Below, piece by piece: positions 12,997-23,580 of a DNA stretch of 33,232 nucleotides. Origin of the DNA: Choristocarpus tenellus KU-1152 (taxonomy: Eukaryota; Protista; Phaeophyceae); NCBI GenBank assembly GCA_964200185.2, contig CAXNAD020000066.1, positions 1-33,232 on the forward strand, given 5' to 3'. A model generated the notes under the pieces. That model was given only the letters and a program-made list of their open reading frames with translations, was not told the origin of the DNA and ran no database searches. Made by a program: the position numbers and the translations under genes. Each line of letters begins with the position of its first letter. Positions within the stretch are counted from its first letter, which is position 1.

Positions 12997-15900
12997 AGGC
13001 GAGATATAGTTTTTAAATATAAACTATCCAAAGGAATCTAACACAAAGGTCCGTTTTGTAATCGGAGGTCATCCCGAAGAGCTACAACTTAATGGCCCAG
13101 AATTATGGGGCAGAGGGAGTATTATTTTATCCTCTTGTATAGAGAGTTGCGAGAGGGGTCTAGCCATTGCTTGATTTTGCAACCTCTGATTTCGTTAACT
13201 ATAGAGATACCACCGACCACCAGTACAGTAGATTGCATCACACATTGCCTCAGTGGTACAGTGATACTTAAATCTTTGATAAAGTTCATTTAGGAAACAC
13301 TGCACAATGGTGAGCATTTTCCAGTGCCCAGAGGTCGAAAAATGAAAATATTGTAGCCTGCTGTATATAATAGTGTTTGTTGCATTTGCTAGGAACTACT
13401 CCAGTTTTTTACAGTGTGGGCAGGGCTGTGAAGTTTTAGTCTACAGGGGGTGTAATTTCAGCAAAGGATATGTAGTGGTACCTACAGGCTGGAGGTTACC
13501 AATGCCCCTTACTTCAACTTAGTACAAAACCAAAAAAGACATAATATCATTTGTTGCTAATTGTTCAATATATTGCGTAATATGGAACAATGTGTATGAG
13601 ATGGTAGTCTCAGCTACGTGGAGAAACAAGAGGCGTGCAATAACAAGATACAAGTAACATGCCTCTACCTCAAGACCATCAGACCCTCAAGGCTCAGCCT
13701 AGCCTACCTCCTACATCTCCCACCCTGCTTAAGGTCAAACGCAGGGAGATTTAGCAATGTCAAAGTTGAAGGTCATTGCAGTGCATGTATGCAACAGTCA
13801 TTACTCAAGCACCTCTTGTCACATTTTTCTCTCCTTGTTTGATTTGCAGACATGATTTCCATGTATGATGCATTGTTGGTCAGAGATATTGTGCAGATGT
13901 TATTACTGCAAAGGAAGTAACATTGAATAGCTCAGACATGGGGACAAAAACAAAACGAAAGTTAGGAGAAGTGTCATGGATGGAACCTATTTTGGATTAA
14001 CACTGATGTGACAGACTGTACACAAATGTGTGTGTTACATACACAAGTGATATGGTGTGGGTCAGACAAATGCAAACTTGTTGTGACCCAGACATGATCC
14101 ACAAAGTCAACCAGGGAATTCAGGGATCATGTTCTGTTCTGACAGATCGCATCCAATATATAGCTTTGTAGTGAGGGAGAGGTTGCTTTCAGGATCTCAA
14201 CCGTTGCTCAGCCTGCCCTAAGGACCCCTCTCATTTTTCTTTGAACCTCATCTCTAGTGGTTCTAATCACCCCATATCGCCCAGAACTCGACCACTTTCA
14301 CAGTGTGTACTCATGAAGATTTGTTTTGGGTGCTCGTCAGAGATGGCGTGGTCATGCCAAAATGGCAGACACAAAGAAAGCACAACCAACTTTTAAGGTT
14401 GTTGACCCAAAGTCAGAAATATATCAAGACTCGGAGAAAGAAAGCATCACCATGGAGGTGCAGATTCAGAGGTAGAATCACCCAATGCCCCAACTCTAAT
14501 GGATCCTGAGCCCCAATATAAAGGTGAACAAGAAGGGGCGGCACTGGAAAGGCTTACGGGTGACACTCCACGTAACCCTGAACAGATCTGCTATCAAGAG
14601 TTGACTGGAAATGAATAGTACAAGAAGGACGAGCGGTTTGGTATCAATCACACCATCACCATCTCCATTCAAGTGTGAGCAGTTAGTCTAGTTAGTTTGC
14701 CAGAGTCTAATGCAGTTCAGGAGTGAGGAGAGTGTGGAGGCCAGTCTCACTGGCGTATCCTTTTCAAGGAAGATCCAAGGAAGAGCCAGCACCAGACAGA
14801 TGAACTAGTATATTGACCCACCCTTCCCCAACCACATTCCCAGTGGCTATTTACTTCTTCACAAAGCTTTCTCACAAGGATTTACACCCTTGAGTTATGG
14901 AGCATAGGACTTGTTCCCTGCTTCCTTTGCCATATTTCAAAAATAAGTCATGCCTTTTCTTGCCCATAAATGTACCTCACAGCAACCACAAACAACTGTT
15001 GCGGCTATTGCAGGGTGTGTCACACTGGCAGAATTGCAGGAGGGGAGAATGGGGAATGCAAAAATCTAGGGGAGCCATCCTGATTCTATTTCCTCGTAGT
15101 AGGGGGAAAGATGTGGTAACAAGGGACTTGTTTTCAAGATCAGAAACCACCAAAGAAACTACAAAACTTAGGATGCAACTTCATTAGTATACACAGTAAA
15201 TCATCAATACTACCACCACAAATAAGACATGTAACAAGTATTGCGTCTGTCATCACTCCTTCTGCTTGAACCCTTTTGGAGGTGGGAAAAGACTACTTTC
15301 AGATCAAATTGTATTGTTCCACTGGTCATATTGCTAACACAAAACCATCACACAAAATAAAACCACATATTACATCCTGCACATTTCATCTTTCCACACA
15401 AGGATCCCTAGGGATGTGGGTGATCACCATATTTCAAACAATAAAGCCGGTATGGGCACTGACATACTGGTGATTTTCTTTCAATACATACTGACCCCAC
15501 CCTACAATCTCCAAGGGACGACTTTGTGATATATAGCAGGGACTCTACATCTAAAATTGTTCATGACTTGGTTCAATGTCAACTACACCTTGGGGGGGCG
15601 TGTCAATTCCTGTGCAAGCAGTAGCCATACCTAATTTGGGAGTGGATAAACTTGTGTTAGACATGGCATCATGAGAGCATCTGAGGTGATGCTGGATGAG
15701 GACAAAGAAATATAACTCAAGGGAAATTTTTTAAGGTTTTTTCAAAGATGGCATTCATGAATACACAACTGAAAATACCTGGGCAGGAAGAGCTACAGTG
15801 CTAGACACTGTGACCAACGTCTTATATTTTCCTTATCAAACCCTGAATTGAAAAGAGGCTACTGCTACACCACAACATCAGTAAAATTTCCTGTATAACC

Positions 15901-16839
15901 ATGTGCAAGTCCAGTGAATTGACCACTTCATAATACAGCACCAAACATACGCACCACTATTTGACTATGTGTATGCAGCATGGAAAAGAGGTCTCCTTAG
16001 TGATGGGGAGCCCCGCCAGAGACTTAACTTTTTCAGGGCTTTTCACGGTTGTTACACCAACAACAATAAAAACAATAATAAAAACACAATTGTTTCACGG
16101 TTATGGATACAGATGTAGAAAATGTCTAAGGTTGTCGATAGCACACACCTACTATCAGAAACCTGCAACAAAGTGTTGACAACCATGGAGATATTGAAAA
16201 ACTGTGCACAGTCATCATAACTGACTGCATCAATGGTACGATGGTGGCCATGGGTTCTATTTACCCTACTTCTACTTCTGATACAATTACCATACCGTCC
16301 AGATAGTATTCAGTGTAATGACAATACTGTCCTGTTCCTCAAGTAAACACAACCATATCAAAGGTTAGGGTTAAAGGTATAGCAAAGGTTAAAGGTATAG
16401 CAAATATAGCAACTGTTATTTTTATGTGGTGAATTCTCAATCTTCAATGTTCAGCTTGTCACCCTAGTACCATTGTAGCATAAATTATGAATGAATCACT
16501 ATCAATATACCTGATACATATAAACATCAAGATGATTCATTCATTAGAAAATTAAAATATACAAGAAAGCTCTAATTTTGGAGAGAGCTAAAAAGTAAAT
16601 AAGAAGAATATTTGATTACCAACCCCTTCACCATTATCTAACTGTTAAGATTATGTTACTCAACTGTTGAAGGGTCATGCTTTCATCAATGTTGACCTAG
16701 GGGAAAGTTGGTACAACTGTGACCGAACAGTTTGAATCCAAATTGCAACTGTACTGTCAAGTCAAAACAACCTGAATAATAGTGTCCAAAACAAAACTCC
16801 AGCCGTAGACCGGAACATACCATGAGGCCGTAAGAAAAT

Positions 16840-16930
16840 AAACATAAGAAATTAAACATAAGACAATAAACATAAGACAACAAACATAAGACAATAAACA
16901 TAAGACAACAAACATAAGACAATAAACATA
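16840..16930. repeat. 14-bp tandem repeat (AAACATAAGACAAY)n, ~6.5 copies
   Basis: Directly visible, with T/C alternating at the last position. Confidence 0.9.
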
Positions 16931-17230
16931 ACTGTACAGTACCAAGTCAACGTAAGCAACAGGAACCCACAGTTGTATTTTATGGATGTGGAAAATTCAG
17001 CTATTCTTATCAATATGTACAGAGTTTCTTCCGATTTATGTTGAAATGTTTCAAACAATTGAAAAATGAACCCTGTCTAATCAAAGTCAGTGCTTCATCC
17101 ATAGAAACAAAAACAAGGGTGAATTTCAAAAGATTGAAAAATTGTATTTAAACTGTCTTTAAATGCAAAACCAAAACAGAGCACCTCTCATTATTTACTT
17201 TGACTCTTACCTGACCGTAATTTTCTTGTG

Positions 17231-17417
17231 TTCTTCCATGTTTCCACTCTAATCTAGTAGTGTCCTTCCTTGAGTACTTGAAAGGCATGTTGATGTTGGT
17301 TCATTGGGCAGTCCCTGTAATGAACTCATTCATCTCTTGTTTGTGCTATTAGATGAGAATTTTATTTTTCTTGAGAAGCAGTTCATACTTTGAGGTACAA
17401 GAGAAAACACATACCAA
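17231..17417. repeat. ~186-bp dispersed direct repeat, copy 1 (copy 2 at 32493-32678)
   Basis: TTCTTCCATGTTTCCACTCT...GAGAAAACACATACCAA; roughly 90% identical to copy 2 by eye. Confidence 0.9.
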
Positions 17418-17901
17418 AACCAAAACCAACTGTCAAAATTCCCTCCACAACCATTTTTACCACAGCAAAGACAAGGACAGTAGCTAGAACCATGTTAACA
17501 TATTTCATGGCTACATAGAGTGTTGATACCTTTTAACTATTCTGCTTTATCTTCAGAAAACAACCAAAAAGTGAAAGTAGTATCATATAGGGCCCTGATA
17601 TTGACCTATTCCTTTCAAAATTTCACAAATACTCGAGTATATTTTTTTTACAAGAATCAAATCAACTTTTTTGGAACACTGTAACTTTTCTGCTTCTGTT
17701 GCATTAGCAGAGGAAGTGCCAACAGGTATGGTCATAGGATGTTTATGTGTATTCTTTCTCCCATAGAGGACCAAATACATCATTTCAAGTGTTGGGGGAA
17801 CACTATGACTGCGATTGGAACCAATGACAGCACAAATTAATGTGTACATAAGATCATTGATACATATATGTGTATGTTTGAGTGCGGTGTTACTTATAAC
17901 A

Positions 17902-18171
17902 TCACTAATCATACTAATCACACTAATCACACTAATCATACTAATCACACTAATCATACTAATCATACTAATCACACTAATCACGCTAATCACACTAATC
18001 ATACTAATCACACTAATCATACTAATCACACTAATCATACTAATCACACTAATCACACTAATCACACTAATCATACTAATCACACTAATCACACTACACT
18101 TATCACACTAAGCTTATCACACTAACCACACTACTACACTTATCACACTTATCACACTAATCACACTAATC
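17902..18171. repeat. 9-bp tandem repeat (ACTAATCAY)n, ~21 near-perfect units plus a degenerate tail
   Basis: Directly visible. It generates the spurious TNH/ITL/MISVIS ORFs in the track. Confidence 0.95.
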
Positions 18172-18787
18172 AAACCGATCACCCGAAATAACCCGAAAAT
18201 CTGTCCATTTGGCCTCAACATCCTCAGCCCTAAGATTTTTCGCTATGATGTTACCCTGTTTCCTCCCCAACCATACACATGAAACTGACCAATGATAACT
18301 AATTTTTCCAACAATTTGCACCCGAAAAGACCACCAAGATGCAGGCCCTACAGCATTAATCTTGGACAGGGAAACTCGACACGTCATCCATCAAGTATGA
18401 ATGTCTACTTCACTCATAGAACAATAGAACTGAAACAAACTCATTTTGTAAAAAAATCTAAATTAACATGAACCATATATTTTTTGGTAAAATCTTCAAT
18501 TTTAAAAGTTATCGATTCATGACCACTACTGTTTACGGAAAACTTTTGTTCACACTAGGACGATGAAAATATTCACCTTGCATAGATATCCAATCTGCCC
18601 ATTGGCAAGCATTAGTAACAATAATTGTGGAAGGCAAACAATCAAAGACTACCTTCTTTTCATCACACGAGACAGGAAATGACTCTCAGAGGTTAACATT
18701 TGGAGTATAAAATGCATTGTGTATCATTTGACCCTGCATTTCTGAAAGATTTTCTACAAATGAACCGAGCTTTTTGTTATTTGTATA

Positions 18788-20545
18788 CTTCCTACGTTCG
18801 GAATTAAATGTAACATAACTCTTGCAACCTCCATCCTCACCTGGAAATGGCCCACATGATAAACCCTCTGGACAAGGTTTAGTTCTCATACACATTAGGA
18901 AGCAGCCAAAGTTGATCATGGGCTGTCTTGACTGTGGAGGATCACCAGTGCAAAGTTGACCAAGTCACATTTGATGGGATTCAAAAACCTCATGGAACTG
19001 TCAAACCAGGTGTTTATTGGGATGTCTAGGATGAAGGCCCCCCTTCATTTGAGCAGCTCGCCCGTCATCACCCATTGGTCCCAATTCTTCAATACAGAAG
19101 TTTGTCCAGAGTCCAGAGTCTCAAACATCCCAACGAAGAACAGTGTCGTGAGGTGATGCCTTGAGGTGAGAGAGAGCAAGACTCAGATGCCATGGGGGAA
19201 GGAAGGCGTCAGCCATCACAGAGGACTTCTAGAATTTCCCAAATCACCACGTTCTGTCATGTGAAGGAGTATGACAGCCAGATCACACAAGGGTGAATGC
19301 ATGGACCTTGTACAACATCACAATAGGCAATGTGGCTGCTGTACAAGTATCCTGGACCCTTGGGATGTCCCATCTGTACAACAAATGTCCTTTCACAAAT
19401 GGGCAGTCAACACTGGGGTCCCCCTTGCCTCATTGTGGGATCTGTACAGGCACAAGAAGGTGAAGGTCAAGTAGTGGATCAAGCCAGTCCTCTCAGACCA
19501 CCAGAAAGTCAACAGGGTGGGTTTTCTCATCAGCCGCATGCACAGGAGGAGGGCAAGTGGGGTATTAGTGGATGATCTATGTGACTGGGTGAATGTGGAT
19601 GAAAAGTGGTTTTACATCCTCAAAGATGGGCAAGGTGTATGTACCTGCACCCCACTGAGGACCCCCCCCAAACACCCATGGGGATACCCATGGGGACACC
19701 ATGGGGACAGACTAAACATTACATTACGAAAGTGATGTTCCTTGCAGCTGTGGCCCACCATAGGAAGCTAGCTCTCCAACAGGGTGTGGTTCAATGAAAA
19801 AAATGGGATCTGGCCAATCGTGAACACTAAGGTCACCCATAGCTCCAGCTAAAACCATCTCAAGGGCACCAAGGTGCTTGTGACAGCCATGGGGGACAGG
19901 GAGAGGCATAAGAAACTCAAGATCGAGCATGTCATCCCACCAATCAAGGCCCACATGCTTAGGGCGGAAGGACATACCATCCTCATCCAGTAGGGCAGGA
20001 CAAAGCCACACACTAATGGGGGGTATCATGGATGCAATTGAGGAGGCGGCAGCGGATGACATTGTCATAAGACACCCAGCCAGCCAACTCACTTGACCTC
20101 AACATCAACGACCTGAGATTCTTTTATTCCATCCAGCTACTGAAGGAAGAAATGGGGGTGACCAACACAGAGGAGCTGGTGGAGGCCACAATGAAACTGT
20201 TTGATGTATACCCCTGGGAAGCACTAGAGCGTGTCTGGCAGAATCTCTTCACAATCTACAGTGAAGTACTGGGGTCCAAAGGTGACAACATCTTCAAAAA
20301 TTTCATTTCAGCAAGGAAAATGCTGAGAAGGTGGGAAACCTCCCCCTGAATGCCCCAGTGGATGCAGCGAAATATCATGGTGGAATGGAGTTTTGGAGGG
20401 TTTCAGGGGCAGAATCATAGATAGGCATAGACTGCCCCATTTTGGTTGAGATTTTGATGGCAACTTTTTAGTGTCAGTATACTGAACCCCACAAAATACG
20501 AACATGTGATGAGCGATTACAAAATTTAATTCCAAACAGAGGAAA
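18788..20545 (+). mobile_element. Second, more decayed Tc1/mariner (DD39D-like) transposon of a different subfamily
   Basis: Left end TA|CTTCCTACGTTCGGAATTAAATGTAA; right end TTACAAAATTTAATTCCAAACAGAGGAAA|TG (degenerate inverted copy). Transposase relic at ~19100-20400: 'WVNVDEKWFYI', 'HYITKVMFLAAVA', 'EKNGIWPIV', 'ILIQ*GRTKPH', 'QPANSLDLNINDLRFFYSIQ', 'ALERVWQNLFTIYSEVLGSKGDN'. Confidence 0.88.
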
Positions 20546-21699
20546 TGTCTTAGATAAACATTTATTATTTAGCCTCCCCAATGTGGATAATCTGACCATC
20601 TAAAATTGAACACAACAGTGTTTTCAACCACGTAATAGCAATCTGTCGGGATTACAAGTTACAATAAAGCTGACCAAGTCTCAATCTAGTTCAAAATAAA
20701 TTGACTACTTGGGACATGATACAAGCCTGAAAGAAACAGGCATATCAAAAGCTTGAATTCAAGCTATTAATAGTGATACAACCCCCCTAAAAGTGCAAAA
20801 GGTCTAACATCCTTACTAGGTTAAACAAATTTTGTGAGGAAATAAATTTCAAATTTTGTTACTATTGCAGAAGTTTTACTACAGTTACTACACCAGAACA
20901 AACCAATTATGCTGAAAATTACATTAAAATTACATTAAATTACCACCAAGCGGTAACACATCACACAACATCGGACAAATTGTCCACAACAGATTGCTTT
21001 TGACCTTTGAAAACGATTTCTATCAGTGGTTCTAGTGTTAAACTTTCCTGATCTCAAGAAAGCTCATACATCAATAGCAGTAGTGCAAGATAATGATGGA
21101 AACTTCGAAATCATGAAGTATTACAGTGTCTTAATCTCCCCTTCCTACAGATGATATTTCACCACTAAAAAAAAAGCCTTGCAGTAATCCTCACAATTCA
21201 ACACTGGAGACGATATATGTGGTATGAACATTTCATTCCTATTAGTAATCATTCAGTCTTACGTTGGCTACATCTTATGCAACACATTTCAAACCTCTAG
21301 ACTACACTGACTTCTACATGACTACATGACATGACTACAAGGGGCATGACGCTAATTTAACCGTCATTCGCAAGCCTGTTTGATTACATTACTTTCCCAA
21401 TATAATGTCAACACCTCAATTTAGAGCTGATTCTTAAATATGGGTCTCAACCAGTTATTCTTATCCCCTTCATGTTACATTGAATCCAAGACCCTAGACA
21501 CCACCCCAAAAATAACAAGGTCTACCCATCATACGAGTTATAAGTGGATCATTTGGGGGGAGATTACACAAGTGGCGAATAAGTAAGATCTCTTTGTTAG
21601 TGCTACCAGTGTTTCTCCGCTAATGGACCCAGAGGTACTAGCCAAAGTCCAATGTACACTATATGATCCATACATTTTTTAAGGCTTTGGCAGTCACTG

Positions 21700-22830
21700 A
21701 AAATACAGTCCTATTTCAAAGGAAAATGTGCATGTCATACTTTTTGCACAGGAGAGAAATAAACTCTTCCTACTGTACTGCTCTTTCCAACCTAGTAACC
21801 TACAGAGAATCCCACGATCAACTAGTTGCCCAAACCAGAACTCAGGGTTTAGTCTTACACACCCTTTGTCACCATCAGGTACTGGTCATCTTGCTTTTAG
21901 GCACATGTTTAACCCTGTAAGAGATTTTGGTGGTCAACCTTACATGCAGATGTTGGGAAATGGTGCGAAACTTGTCAATCATGTCGCAGATGGAAAAGAT
22001 CCCAAACTCCTAACCATTACCACAGAACTCGTGTCGTGACATGTCCGTTTCATCGGCTAGGAATTGAGCTGTAAAAATTATAGTACATCTTCAACTTCCT
22101 CATTTGTATAAATTGATATTCACAGACTTACTATGAAACATAGCATACTCTCCGATAAGTCAATACCAGACGGCAGCCGAAGCAAATGGCGCCCCCTCTA
22201 ATTAAGCCCACATCTCGGTCAGTCGCCTCCACAATTTAGTTATCCTGCTTTTCATTCCGCCTTCAAAACTCTGTACAGATGGCAGCGTCCTCAACCAGTA
22301 CAACTCCAACCCTTTTCCATAGATAAGGTCAACACTCAGAAGGAGTGCGCATGCAGTAGATGTTCACCCTCACCCCCATTGATTTCCACCACCTCCGTTA
22401 ACCGGTCTTCCTGCATAAACGAGTGCCAAGCAAACGGGCTGGAAGTAGATTTGTGGATACGACCCAAAGATCATGTATCAATATTGTTAGCCTCAACTAT
22501 CAACAGCACACACAGAGAATCCACTTGGCATGGCTGCATTTCACTCACCCTTCCCTCCCACCGGAAGTCCCAGCAGCAAACGCGAGTCCGAGAGGGTACG
22601 ACATACTAAGATCAGCACCTCGGCGCCTCATGCAAGGCGCCATATACCTGATTGTCCCTCACCGTGGCCTGTCTCGCCGTTTTATCTTATCGACAACAAG
22701 CGTTGACAAAATTTTAGACGATTCCCAACTGAAACTCATGTGTGGTTGATGGTTCACTCATTCCCTTCCACGTGGATTATTTCTTTCATTCTCCCTTGGC
22801 TGAGTATATCTTCCCTCCCTCCCCCTCAGT
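21700..22830 (+). mobile_element. Ty3/Gypsy LTR-retrotransposon relic (integrase zinc-binding domain, partial core, probable chromodomain)
   Basis: Across frameshifts: 'GTGHLAFRHMFNPVRDF / WWSTLHADVGKWCETCQSCRRWK...TCPFHRLGIEL' (HHCC region and start of the rve core, ~21875-22070). A chromodomain-like 'VDKILD....../..W...PSTW' lies at ~22700-22780. No LTRs identified; boundaries approximate. Confidence 0.72.
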
Positions 22831-23311
22831 ACCCTCCACCATCTAACCTTTCATCAACAGGTCGTACTCATTTTTTAGACCAAACTCATCAGACCTGTTC
22901 CACGCCCTCCCAATCGACCCTGCTGAAGCCATTAAAGCCTAGAACTTGTGCTTATTTGCTTTCTATAAATATCATATAGGCAAGTCAGACTCCTTGTAGT
23001 GGTTCTAGCATATAATAGAGAATAATCTCTTACGTTGAATATGGTGATGTGTACCAAACTCAAAAATAACTCGAACACCACAACACACACACGTTTGATA
23101 TTTTTTGTTTCCATATTACTAGTAGAACTACTCCTTTGGTCCAAGCAAAACAGAGCACAAGGTTTGTTGTCAGTCTCTTTCAATACACCAACTAGCAGTT
23201 CCTGAATTCTCCCTGCGATTTGTGTTGATACCTTCTGTGAAGGTAAAGGAACTGACTGTCCTCGATGGTCAAAATCTTGCTGCAAGCTACTTTTGATTGT
23301 AATTGTGCAAC

Positions 23312-23580
23312 ATGACTAGACAGTCATGGCAGTGGCAAAGCGAAACTCAGACGTTTTGGTGCCTTGTTTTTCTTCTGGTAGATTTCCCTCTGAAGATCAA
23401 TTCTTTTCAGTGGGGTTCACAGAAGGGCCTTAATAGGCAAACCCTTTGGGTTCCGCAACAGGCGCTGTCAACATTTTGGAGTCTACATCTCAACACCCTT
23501 ACACCCACTCCCCCTTCTTACGGGAGTAAGTGGTATATCAAGAGTGTATGTAGGACCTGTGCTGCAGTAAGATCCACAAG
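23312..23580 (+). other. Putative bipartite plastid-targeting presequence of the RSH (signal peptide plus transit peptide)
   Basis: Hydrophobic core FWCLVFLLVDFPL, possible cleavage INS|FQW (Phe at +1, as in the ochrophyte ASAFAP rule), then an S/T-rich stretch of ~60 residues lacking acidic residues. Confidence 0.55.

Larger units (their letters stand above)
11259..13119 (+). mobile_element. Tc1/mariner DNA transposon, plant/oomycete-type (DD39D-like), full length with disrupted transposase
   Basis: TA target duplication (11257-11258 and 13120-13121). Imperfect TIRs of ~95 bp begin CTCCCTCTG (Stowaway/plant-mariner terminal signature). Internal transposase relic present. Confidence 0.93.
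8265..21050 (-). pseudogene. Probable decayed multi-exon gene of unknown family, interrupted by transposons
   Basis: Three consecutive phase-compatible AG..GT exons at the 3' end: 9133-9018 (LFLLWGQVASFVSQYTE*QFSWFWYKAIHTVGQVVFHM), 8900-8776 (open, GRIDVNLGSMCLDRYTHETIRYIHCRISRH...) and 8694-8265 (143 codons, SELEPRLTDLHDLVRAMVLHNIQQW...EHLLQLMEILATAGDAWMTK, with 4 internal stops). Further exon-like pieces with minus-strand splice signals lie near 9400-9887, 10925-11168, 14700-14805, 16940-17072, 17211-17387, 17450-17810, 20548-20726 and 20944-21047. The 5' boundary is approximate. Confidence 0.5.

Noticed and set aside
15095-15610. Polypurine-tract-plus-TG motifs (AGGGGGAAAGA-TGT, GGGGGGGCG-TGT) suggesting LTR starts
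   Set aside because: No paired LTR, PBS or recognisable pol sequence nearby.
16362-16412. Telomere-like GGTTAGGGTTA (also AACCCTAA near 9376 and 33054)
   Set aside because: Only one or two units each; not an interstitial telomeric array.
17583-18125. ORFs 17583..18092 (-), 17815..18111 (+) and 17868..18125 (+) as real repeat proteins
   Set aside because: They are open only because the 9-bp satellite has no stops in those frames.
18690-20726. Excising the second mariner 'restores' a reading frame (IINVYLR-Y-TNNKKLGSF)
   Set aside because: The joined frame still has several stops and some frame always joins, so this is not independent evidence.
8265-21050. Stop-codon reassignment or RNA editing rescuing the interrupted exons
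   Set aside because: All three stop types occur, along with apparent frameshifts and TE insertions, while GCN1 and RSH use the standard code without internal stops. Mutational decay is simpler.
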